DNA from: Eledone cirrhosa
Lineage: Eukaryota
NCBI GenBank assembly: GCA_964016885.1
Contig: OZ024740.1
Coordinates: 171,678,001-171,742,000, forward strand
DNA: 64,000 bases
Direction: 5' to 3'
Shown one piece after another: positions 14,659-26,295 of the stretch. Made by a program: the position numbers and the translations under genes. The notes beneath the pieces are model-generated. The model was given only the letters and a program-made list of their open reading frames with translations. It made no database searches and was not told the origin of the DNA. The first letter of the stretch is position 1, and each line of letters starts with the position of its first letter.

Positions 14659-14905
14659 GAGAGAGACGCACGCATACATTTTCTACCTAATACGTGGTTT
14701 CCTATAATAAATAAAAACGTAACAGAATAAGCAGAACGACTAAAAATATGTGTAGTACATACACATTTACTAGATCTTTCGGAAAGTGTAAATAAATTTA
14801 TATTGTACTTCTTTAAGAACTTCAATCACAAGGTATCGGGAAATATCGGGACATATATATTGTTATATAAAAACAATATACAACTCCATATTACAAAACT
14901 AGTAG

Positions 14906-15087
14906 CAGACCTGCCAACCTCTAAAAGTGCCATGAAACAAAATGCCCCAAAACTTGGAAAAATGAGGCAAAATGAGGAGATTTTATGTAATGAAAGCTAT
15001 ACTCATTTCCACAAGTGAAGACATCTCTCACCCACACCAAAGCGGGTGGGAGACCTCCCCATCGGATGGGGAGAGTTAACAGGTCTG
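14906..15087. mobile_element. MITE with CAGACCTG terminal inverted repeats
   Basis: TIRs CAGACCTGCCAAC...GTTAACAGGTCTG; a second copy in opposite orientation lies at 51797-52165. Confidence 0.7.
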
Positions 15088-15837
15088 TAGTAACCTCTAC
15101 TTAACAAAGTAGACCCCTTTAGAATGTAAATTTAATTTTGTTTATTCGCCGAGAGTGGCTATGTGTATGTTGCACTTATTTTTTGATCTTTCGAATTGTA
15201 TTACATTTTGTTTCTTATACAAAAAAAACAAAAACAAAAAAAAACCTTACCACTATAAGTGAGATAGTCATTCATGTTTGCTATGGTAAAGGCTGCTTTC
15301 TGTCATGGCTGACCATGGGTTTGGAGCTAAAAAGTCCTTTTCTAGAGCGTAAGATTGGGAATTGGAAAATGTGTTTCTTTTCAAAGATCATCAGTTGCTC
15401 ATGAATGCAAGATTCTCTCTCCACATCATTGATGTTGCTCAAGGGATAAGCTGATGCAAATTGGCACCAGTGACGTCATAGGTGAATGCAAAGGGGCGAA
15501 AGAGATACCTCAAGGCTTCCTGTCCGAGAGATAAATGTTATAGAAAAATATAGTAGCATCGTCGCACGCATTTCTCGCCTATGTATCACGGAATTTCCTT
15601 ATAGTAAAAACAATTATTATTTTCGAAAGTAGTAATTGTTTTTACTATAACGAAATCCCACAACACTTACATTTATGTATCAACTGTGCTAGGGCGAGAA
15701 ATAAAATTCTAATTTTACTTTTAGTTCTCGGCACGGTCAGCCGTAACACGCTCGGTATGCAAATGAGGGTACTCAGCCGTTGTGTACTTAAGAAAATACT
15801 ATATATTTTCAACCGTTCAACAGATTGGCAGATGTAT

Positions 15838-15880
15838 ATAGTCCTGATGAAGGGTAATGACCCAGAAACATGTTGATTGT
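15838..15880 (+). ncRNA. Type I hammerhead ribozyme in a divergent relative of the 425-bp unit
   Basis: Helix I AUAGUC/GAUUGU, CUGAUGA, helix II GGGU-AAUG-ACCC, GAAA, palindromic ACAUGU; cleavage triplet GUU ends at 15874. Confidence 0.8.
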
Positions 15881-16116
15881 TCCTCAATGCCAGAGTTGAA
15901 CAAAAGGATGACAATTTGTCATCGGCATGGCACAGCTTTAATCGGACCGTTTGTTTACAAACGAATCGAATATTATTATTAATGTTCGATATAACCCATA
16001 CGTATATGTATGTATGTGTGTATGTATATATATATATATATATGTGTGTGTGTGCGTGTATGTATATATATATAAATATGTGTGTGTGTCTATGTGTACG
16101 TATGCATACTTACATT

Positions 16117-16269
<153 letters not shown>

Positions 16270-16330
16270 TCAGCAAGAGAATCGAGTGCTCACCCGGCAT
16301 ACCACCTGCGGATGCAATTAACTTGCACCT

Positions 16331-16436
<106 letters not shown>

Positions 16437-16649
16437 ACATATATATATATATGCCGTATGTCGGGCATCTGCTATTGCCACTTTCCTACATGACCTGACC
16501 AACTCCTAACGCCAATTTAGAAGTCTAAATAGTTGACTATAAAAGTAATATAAAGCGATAAGTTAATAGAAAAGGGAGGAATGACTCAATATTTATAACA
16601 GGGTAAATATATAAATGAATAAAGAAGCCTATTACACACACACACACAC

Positions 16650-16729
<80 letters not shown>

Positions 16730-16843
16730 ACATACACATATATGGGTATGATGCTTCAGGAAAAAGAGTAGTTTGTTCACTAAGCCTAATCAAAAAAATA
16801 ATAGACACACTCACACACACGCACACACCCATATATCTCCCTG

Positions 16844-16915
<72 letters not shown>

Positions 16916-16938
16916 GTATAATAAACAATACAATATAA

Positions 16939-17012
16939 TTACCTCATTACCAGAGGTTTCCCGAATAAGACGAATACAAGAAACGTCCTCATTCGTTCGT
17001 CAGACAAGGCAA
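16939..17012 (-). ncRNA. Type I hammerhead ribozyme with long helix II
   Basis: 9-bp helix I UUGCCUUGU/AUGAGGUAA, CUGACGA, helix II CGAAUGA..GACG/CGUC..UUAUUCG, then GAAACC-UCU-GGUA. Confidence 0.8.
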
Positions 17013-17387
17013 TTTAAACATAGTGAAATATTTGAAAAATCTCCTCAAGAAAGGCAAAAGTTTAACGGGCAAAAAAAAATATATAAATAAAAGTAATGCA
17101 AGAGATATATAAAAATAAAATAAGGAAATATAGTAAGGGTATGTGTATAAATGTGTGTATATGCACCTACAAATGTACATATGTGTGTATGTACAAATGC
17201 ATGTGTATAGTGAAAAAATATGTGCGTAAGTACATACATGAGGGCAAGCATATCAGTGTATGTGTGACCACAAATACGTATATAATATATGTTGAAAAAA
17301 GAAATTGTAAGATAATAGAGTTAACGTACATACAGACTCAGGGACTAAGGATTGAAATATATACACATACAAGTATGAAAGCACGCG

Positions 17388-17479
<92 letters not shown>

Positions 17480-17494
17480 TATACATATATATAC

Positions 17495-17582
<88 letters not shown>

Positions 17583-17942
17583 CATCGGTGAAGTTGGCAC
17601 CCTTAACTCACAGTTGGGTGCGGATGCATTCATGTATATATGTGTGTGTCCGCGTGTATCTGTGTGTTTCTAAATATATTAATAACTCCCTCTGGTCGAG
17701 CAATCTTTGAAGTGTGGGAACAACTGGAAAGCTTCCATTACTCATACTTCTCGCCTTCTTCACTACCTCTTCTACGGCCTCGATATGAATACCCCCTCCG
17801 CCTCCGTGGTATTTTCTTCGTGGTTATAAAAGGCTTAGCTCTGTTTCTCGACCGTTATATCGCGTGACTATCTCCCCCTCCGCCTTTTGGGATTCTTTCT
17901 CACGTCGTGTAGACGCGTTCTTGAGACTAGTAAAATGAGGTA

Positions 17943-18030
17943 TCCTCTTGATAAGTCGGCAGACCTCGCAAGGACTCTATATCTTTGATATATTGTTTTT
18001 GTTTATGCCACGAAACTACGTAGTCGAGGA
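17943..18030 (+). ncRNA. Hammerhead ribozyme, U3:A8 core variant (copy 1)
   Basis: Helix I UCCUC/GAGGA, core UUGAUAA, helix II GU(C)GGCA/UGCCAC, and GAAACUACGUAGUC with palindromic helix III and a GUC site. Confidence 0.7.
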
Positions 18031-18533
18031 ATTTAGGAACAGTTTAGGTATGATACATTTTATTACTAATTATATCTAAATGTTTCTTCTCTCTTCATAA
18101 TGTATTTTTAACTCTGATACTGGTTCAGTCTGGTTCAAACTGAATTGGTCTGTCCCAGTCATTCATTGAGCAACATCGGTGAAGTTGGCACCCTTAACTC
18201 ACAGTTGGGTGCGGATGCATTCATGTATATATGTGTGTCCCCGCGTGTATCTGTGTGTTTCTAAATATATTAATAACTCCCTCTGGTCGAGCAATCTTTG
18301 AAGTGTGGGGACAACTGGAAAGCTTCCATTACTCATACTTCTCGCCTTCTTCACTACCTCTTCTACGGCCTCGATATGAATACCCCCTCCGCCTCCGTGG
18401 TATTTTCTTCGTGGTTATAAGAGGCTTAGCTCTGTTTCTCGACCGTTATATCGCGTGACTATCTCCCCCTCCGCCTTTTGGGATTCTTTCTCACGTCGTG
18501 TAGACGCGTTCTTGAGACTAGTAAAATGAGGTA

Positions 18534-18621
18534 TCCTCTTGATAAGTCGGCAGACCTCGCAAGGACTCTATATCTTTGATATATTGTTTTTGTTTATGCC
18601 ACGAAACTACGTAGTCGAGGA
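18534..18621 (+). ncRNA. Hammerhead ribozyme, U3:A8 core variant (copy 2)
   Basis: Identical motif 591 bp downstream. Confidence 0.7.
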
Positions 18622-18896
18622 ATTTAGGAACAGTTTAGGTATGATACATTTTATTACTAATTATATCTAAATGTTTCTTCTCTCTTCATAATATATATAT
18701 ATATATATATATACATATATATACATATATATATATATATTTATATTGTTATACTTTGGGAGGGTCATGTTGCCAATAAGAAACACACGCACCAGTTGCT
18801 TTCACTTCAATTTATTATAATAAATTTATAAATTTAAGAATTTATAAATTTCTGGTTGGTTGGTTGGTTCCACAACCAGATAGTTGTTTATATATT

Positions 18897-18939
18897 GTCA
18901 AAGTTCTTTCGTCACACATTCTGTGACCTCTTCAGTGAC
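18897..18939 (-). ncRNA. Minimal hammerhead motif
   Basis: GUCA-CUGAAGA-G-GUCAC-loop-GUGAC-GAAAGAACUU-UGAC; helix I is only 4 bp and helix III is very weak. Confidence 0.55.
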
Positions 18940-19059
18940 TGGGATTCTTTTCTTTGTTTTTGTGCCTCTCCTTTGTTCTGTCCTACGCCATTTTGTTTCT
19001 GAGAAACAAAATGGCGTAGGACAGAACAAAGGAGAGTTACAAAAACAAAAACAAATCTA

Positions 19060-19540
19060 GCACCGGGAATGCGGGACGGCTAATTTGGCCTGGCTACACA
19101 CATGTAGTCAGACCTGCAAAATTTTTGATGTGGAATATACTAATTTTACTGGGTTCCTGTTGATAAGCACAGAAGATTTGGATATTTCACTTTTTATTTC
19201 AATTCCATTTCGATTCTCTTTATTTTTCAATTCATGTACCATCGTTGCGAAACATATTTAGGTTTCGAGGTTCAAATTCATCTACGGAGCGGGTTTGGAT
19301 TTTGAAATTTAGATTTGTCCAGGAATCACGGCCTTTGCCAATATAAGCTTGTCTTTATTGACTTATATCGAGACAGACAAATTGTATTCACTTTAATTAG
19401 TTTATTTCATTAATAGCTAACTTTGTCTGTTGCAATGCAAACACGTTTTGTGTTTATCATATATTTTAATGTATTTAACTGCTCGGAAATGCCCCTTTCT
19501 TGGAGCTGATTTATTGTAAACGACTGAGAGTTTATTCTCA
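19060..19540 (-). pseudogene. Possible highly decayed Penelope-like RT C-terminal fragment
   Basis: Minus strand gives LINRNPVKLVYSTSKNF, resembling the IFNRNTVKLSYSCMPN motif of PLEs, and it lies upstream of the HHR at 18897. Otherwise degraded. Confidence 0.35.
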
Positions 19541-19552
19541 AAATATAATATA

Positions 19553-19655
<103 letters not shown>

Positions 19656-19764
19656 AAGGGGTTAACAGAACAGGGATGTGCGGATCACACCATGGTCTGT
19701 CGGTTGTGAAGCAGATAAAAGGAAACGCTTAACGACCTGTATAAATGGGACAAGACGGACCATT

Positions 19765-20223
<459 letters not shown>

Positions 20224-20377
20224 CTTTCTTTATTAACCACAAGGGTTTACATAAAGTAGACATTAAGGACAGTACAGGACAATACTGGACGGTACAAATG
20301 GGCATTTCTGCGTGTAAAAAGCCACAGTGACCCTGACCACCAGGGCAAGTGCCCTCTCCCAGTTTTCCACCTTTAAT

Positions 20378-23300
20378 TTACAGACACATACTCAGAGTAG
20401 GCCCATTCACTCGGGCTATACTTGCTTCTCTCACCCATCTTTCAACAAAATGCTGGGAAGAGAGCACTTCCCTCTCTACCCCGATTTTCCTTTTCAAATG
20501 AAATTTGAAAAAGTTAATCAGGGCATCACCGAAGAGGTAAGTGCTCGTCTTCAGCCCTTTCAAACGTGTCCACCATACTATCTCTTTCGCCATGGCCACC
20601 AGACAGATAAAAACTGCCTGCTCTTCCCGGCTAAAGGAGGAGGGCGGGGCAATCCTCACGATGGAGTCAGCTGATAGCTGGATCCGTCCTACACGTGACA
20701 GCAGGTGTTCGACATAAACCCACAAGTCAGCAATGCTCGGACACTGGACGAGTACGTGCAGAACGGTTTCGTCGCCCTGCGCGCATCTCGGACATGCCCG
20801 GTTGACGGCACCTCCATGCTTGTAGAGTTTATCCCGAACTGGCAAAGCTCCTCGGTAGCACTGCCAGGCCAGGGATTACTGGAAGTTGTCCATAGGCCCC
20901 GGCCCGAAAGTCCTTCCGAAGAGATTGGCTAGTTGATTTTCGTCGACACCTAGAGTTTCTCCAAGTACGTCGTCGCTCTTCCCCTCCACTAATCCTCTAT
21001 AGAACGCCAAGGTGGAGTTTCCACCGATCACATTGCCCGATTGGTCGAGGGCTGTGAGCGCCTGAAGACATTCCAGTCTCCAAGCGCTCCCTCTCGGTCT
21101 TCGCTTGACCCAGGACTGCAGCTCCGTCAAGGAAACGAGCTGGGGAAAGACGTGTCTAGCAAACGGCGACCACACCTGATCACCGTCGAGGAAGAGGTGG
21201 AGATGTCGTAGCCTGAGCGCGTGTCTGCGCATCATCAGCCACGGCATGCCCAGCCCTCCACGTAGCGTGTGTTGACAGCAGATGGACCGCCTGACCATCG
21301 GAGCGCGTCCCTTCCACAAAAAGCGAAAGAGCAAACGCTCCAGCGCAGTCAGGCGGGGCTTAGGACAAGGTACGACAGTCAGGCGGTAGTAGATGACGGA
21401 CGCGATGTACGCGTTAGCCACCTCCGCTCGACCTTTCAGGGATAGCTTCCTCTCGGCCCATTTCTGGGTGAGAGAAGCCACCCTGCTCGTCACCTCGTCC
21501 CAGTTTTTGTCCGTCTGGAGGTCCGGACCGAACCAGACCCCTAGCAATTTAACCGGTCCGTCCGTCCAGCGTCCGACGACGCTGTTGGACGGCATGGACC
21601 TGCCTGTCCAGGTGCCGAGCTGCAGGCCCACTGACTTTTCCTGGTTGATCATTGCTCCTGTCACCGCTTCATATTCTCTTAGTGTAGTTCCGATCGCCTC
21701 GATGTGTTTAGCGTTCGACACCACTACGGTGACATCGTCCGCATATGCTGACACGGATCTTCCGCATCCTAGTTCGCGTGGGACGCCCCTCAACGTCTCC
21801 AGTTTGTGCAGTAATGGCTCGAGAGTCAATACGTACAAGAGGGACGAGAGGGGACATCCTTGGCGGACCGAGCGCATGATGTTGAACGGTTCCGAAAGGT
21901 GACCGTTCACTCTCACCACAGAGCAGATGTCGCTGTGCATGGCAGCGATCCAGCCTCTGAAGAGGGGCCCAAAGCCAGCCTCCCTCAGGACTGCCGCTAG
22001 GTAACGATGGTCGACACTATCGAAAGCTTTCGACTCATCTAAATTGATCAAGGACCCATCTGTGCCAGGTTCCCTAGCTACCCTCTCTACGATGTATCGC
22101 ATGAATTGGAGGTTGTCGTGGATGGATCTGTCGGGAATTGCGCACGTCTGCGCCTCTCCCACCAGACCACCAACGACAAGCGCCAACCTCTTTGCTAGCA
22201 CCTTGGCCAAAATCTTGAACTCTGTGTTTAACAGAGTTATGGGCCTGAAATTATCTATGTTATCCCCCTTTTTCGGATCCTTTCTCAGCAGCGCCACAGC
22301 TTTTCGGCTCACAGAGCTGGGAATTCTCCCGTTCTGTTGCCAGTTGCAGTAGACCTCCGCCAAGAGGCCTCCGAACAAGTCTGGCATCTGTACGTAAAGT
22401 TCATAGGGCTGACCATCCAAACCAGGTGATTTACCCCTTGTGCAGCCAGTCATTGCCTCCCGTACTTCAGCGGCTGTTATCGGCTTTTCGCAACACTCCG
22501 CCTCAGTGGCCGAGAGCCGCGGCAGTCCGTCGAGGTAGACACTAAAGTCCATCCCTCGATTCGGCCCGCCGCTGCCCCCAAACAGCTGGGCGAAGTGTCG
22601 CTGGAAAGCTCTACACATTTGCCCGAGATCGAGTAGCATGCGCCCGTCGTGGTCCACCAAAGACCGGATCATGGCTTTGTTGCCACGATGCGCCTCTGCC
22701 ACTCGGGCCCATTGAACGGCTTTCGTCCCCTCGTGTCTGAGAGCACGCACCCTAGCTCTGACAACGCAGCCTTCGTGCTTTGCATTGAAGAATTGGTCAA
22801 GGGCCAATTTCGCCGCAAGTACATCGGTCGCGATGCCTTTGCTAAGCGCCTCGTCTAATTTTCTAACTAGTTCTCCCTCTGCTCTATTTTTCTCTATTGC
22901 TAAAACCTTACTAAACCTAATGGATTCTATTCTAATCGCTCTTTTCAGAGCAAACCACCACTTGTTGTTGACGATGGCCTCCGTCAACGCCCGCTTAAAT
23001 AGTTCGCTAATCCGGTCTCTGTAGGCCTTGCGCGCTGGTAAGGACGCGTTTAGCTTCCAGTAGCCGGGTCCTCGTCTATGAAGCCTATCTAAGTCAAGAA
23101 CAAAGATCACGAATTTGTGGTCCGTGTAGCTGACTATCTTGAATTGTGGACAGCCTATGCTAGACCTATCTATTTCCCTACAAAATACTCTATCTAGATA
23201 TGATCTGGATGACCCTATGCGATTTGTCCAAGTCCACATTGGCACATTCGGGAAATCCAATCGGTACCTGTCAGACAGTTCAAAACGCCTGAGCAGGTTG

Positions 23301-23782
23301 GTGAGGCTCTTGCACCCTCCACCCTATCCGCTAATCCCACACAGTCCCAGCGTGCATCTAAGATCCCGTCCCAGTCGCCCACTAACACTAAAGAGCGGAA
23401 CGTTCCAAGAAAGGTCTCCAGACGCCGGAAGAAATCAGGCCGCCCTGCTCCTGTCGGGGCATAGACGGCCACTAGCCCAAAAGCTTGCCCGTCTCCAGCC
23501 CCACCAACTTACCTTCTGGGTCCAGGAAGATGGCCCGTATGGCGAGATCCAAACCTCTCCGATAAAGCACAGCAACTTCTCCCCCCGATCCAGGACGGCT
23601 GGGAGATGCGTAGACATCGTAGCCGCCGAAGATCGGTGCGAAGGTCCGTGCTTTGGAGATTCTGGTCTCGCTGATGGCCACTACATCTATGTTTAGTGAC
23701 CGGAGTCGTTGAGCAGGTGGCCCTGCTTCCATGACGACCCAAAGCCACGCGCATTTATGCTGCCTATTCTGAGTGAGGTCAT
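20378..23782 (-). pseudogene. Tx1 ORF2: AP-endonuclease + reverse transcriptase + CxxC...HxxxxC
   Basis: Starts MTSLRIGSINARG; motifs VYAP, VGDW, LDRVF..TDH, GYWKLN, KSPGLDG, QGCPLS, YADD and CPRC..ETVLHVLVQC. Broken by frameshifts near 23700 and 23300 and stops at 23472 and 20876. Confidence 0.92.
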
Positions 23783-25721
23783 CTTGAAATGGAGTGGAAA
23801 AGATGGGAAAGACCATCTCGTAGAGGAAGGATAGTTTCTCCATCCTTTTCACTGCTTGTGGCCTCCTCCGGAAGGATATCCTTATAAATCCCCCTGGAGA
23901 GTGCTTGTCGGAAGTCTCCGATGTCTTTGGGGAATTTTTGTTTTAGTGTCGTGTACGTTTTCTGTGTGATGCGAGTGATTTGAATGTGTGGAGGTGGTGT
24001 GAACTTTTGGGTTGTTGTGTAGTCTTTTCCTGTGATCCTGGTGTTGTGTTGGATGTAGTGTAATAATTGGTTGTTGTTCAAATTTAATGCTGTGTAGGGT
24101 GTATCGTTTTGGTTGTTTTGTTTTGTTTGCGTTTGTTGTGGGTTTGTTTCTGTTTCGCTTTTTGGTGACTTTTGTGGTGTTGGTGATGGTGGTGTTGGGG
24201 TTAATGACGGTGATGGTGTTGGTGCTTGTGGTGATGGGGTTGGTGATGCTGGTGTGGATGGTGGCATATCTGTCCTAACTTTTTTGTTTGATAGTTTATT
24301 TGTTTCCCTCATTATTTTGTTTTTGGAGGGGGAGGGAAAGGAATTTTTTCTTTTTTGGTTTCTTTTTTCTTTTTTCCTGATACAGTTTCCCACTCCTGGT
24401 CGTCACGATCTGTCTCCAGTTACGATAGGTCGGGGAGTGGAAAATCCTCCACAGGTGTTGGTTTTGGTTGTGGCGTGGTGGATGGTGTAGGCGCTGGTGC
24501 TAGTTCTGGCGCGTTGGGTGGTGGTGGTGTTGGTTTTGCTACTGTTGCTGGGGTTGTTGCTGTTACAGTTGCTTCTGTTGTTGCTGCTACAGTTGTTGCT
24601 GCCATCTCTGTTGCTGGTGGTGTTGATGGTTGAGTCACAGGGGTGGGTAAGAGAGGTGGCCTCAAACTTTTAGCCTGAGGGCAGAAAGCCCTTAGGTGGG
24701 TTCCTTCACCACAAACGACACACCTAGTTCTTCTGCCCTCGACGATTACGGTGAGGTGGCTGCCGTCAATGAGGTCTATTACCTCTGGGATCTCCTCAAT
24801 GCTTTTTTGGTCCGCTTGGATCAGGAGCTCCATCCCAGATCCGGACCAGTTCTCCTGCTTTTCTTTCGCTATTTCGATTATCTTGGTGTTGGCTTCGATG
24901 CCGGCGAGGACGGCAGCTATTAGCCAGGGAATTTCGATGGCCGGTGGAACGTGGGTCACCCTGATCTTTACGAGACTCTGGCCACAATAGCTTGGGACGA
25001 GTGTGAAGTCGTCACTTCTTAATGGGGCCATGGAGTGTTCTCTAGCCTCCTGTGGTGTTTCAAAGAACACGTCCACGGTTCCATATTTCTGCCCACCTCT
25101 GATGTGGGTTTTTTTTGCCCACACATGTCCCAAAGCTTTTTGTATTTGGGACTCGGATGGCCGTTCCACTCGGCGCGATTTTATGTTAATTGTTCGATAA
25201 GACACGGTGCATAGGCGCCGATGCTCCATTTTATTAGGTGGTGGCTGGGGGGGGGGGATGACCCTGTATCCATCTTTCTTTACCATTTTTTTGGCTTCTT
25301 CTAATTCCTCCTGAGACCTGAAATGCTTCGCACTGTTTTCCTACTCTGGCAAAACTCAGGGTGGTTTTCTTAATTTCATTGTTGTTGTTGTTATCGTTAT
25401 TTTTGTTATTGTTAATTTTAGTTTCAGTTGTGGTGGTGGTGGCGTCAGTGGTGTTCGGTGTGGAAGAGTTCATTTTGGTTGAATTCATTTCGATATCACG
25501 AGTTAATTTATTTTTTCTTTTGTTTCTGTTGTCGCGGTGGTGGTGGCGGCTTCAACACCTGCAGTCATTGGTAATGGCGGGAAATGAATGTCTGCCTGAG
25601 ACAAATTTAAAATATTGCTACTGCTTATATTTTTAGTGTTGGCAAACGTAGTAATATTTACAATGGTGGTGTCGGTGTGAGGTGTTAGTTTATGAGGAAG
25701 GAATGACTCTGAGTCGTCCAT
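23779..25721 (-). pseudogene. Tx1 ORF1 (gag-like, zinc knuckle CVVCGEGTHLRAFC, Pro/Thr-rich tail)
   Basis: Fragments 25503-25721, 25234-25488, 24420-25286 and 23779-24393; homologous to ORF1 of copy 2. Confidence 0.8.
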
Positions 25722-25935
25722 GATTTTTCAAAGAAAAATTTTTGTTTGATAATTATAAAAGTTAAAATTTTGGGCTCAAGGACCCAATCTTTTTGGGTAT
25801 CCTTTTCAGATAACAATGTATGTGCACTGATATACAGTTAACAATAACAATTTTCCATAAATAGCAATTTTAAACAACTGAAAATAACAAACCTTTGTGG
25901 AGCTCACGATGATACGATTTACTACGTAGGTCGCC

Positions 25936-25979
<44 letters not shown>

Positions 25980-26295
25980 TTTCTTAATTGGCCACAAGGG
26001 CTGACATCAAGAAAAACATTACAGACGGCACAGGACGGTACAGGATGGTACAGGACGGTACGATGTGGGTTTTGTGCGTGTAAATATTTTTATTATTTAT
26101 ATAAGAAAAGGAAAAAAAAAAAGGACATAGAAACATATATATATATAAACAATAAAAATGAAAATTGAAACAATGAAAAATTCCCCAATAGGGGGGAAAC
26201 CTCCGAGGGTTACTCGTGGCGAAAACCACACAAAAGACCACGGCTACCCTGACCATCAGGGCAAGCGCCCTCTCTTAATTTTTCCATTTCTCAAA

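Larger units (their letters stand above)
17581..18690 (+). repeat. Direct tandem dimer of a 591-bp unit (~1.9 copies) inserted in (TA)n, each copy carrying an HHR
   Basis: 17581-18171 and 18172-18690 are nearly identical, with TA microsatellite on both flanks. Confidence 0.92.

Noticed and set aside
17640-18458. Duplicated 75-aa ORF
   Set aside because: It has no recognisable domain and is explained by the 591-bp duplication.
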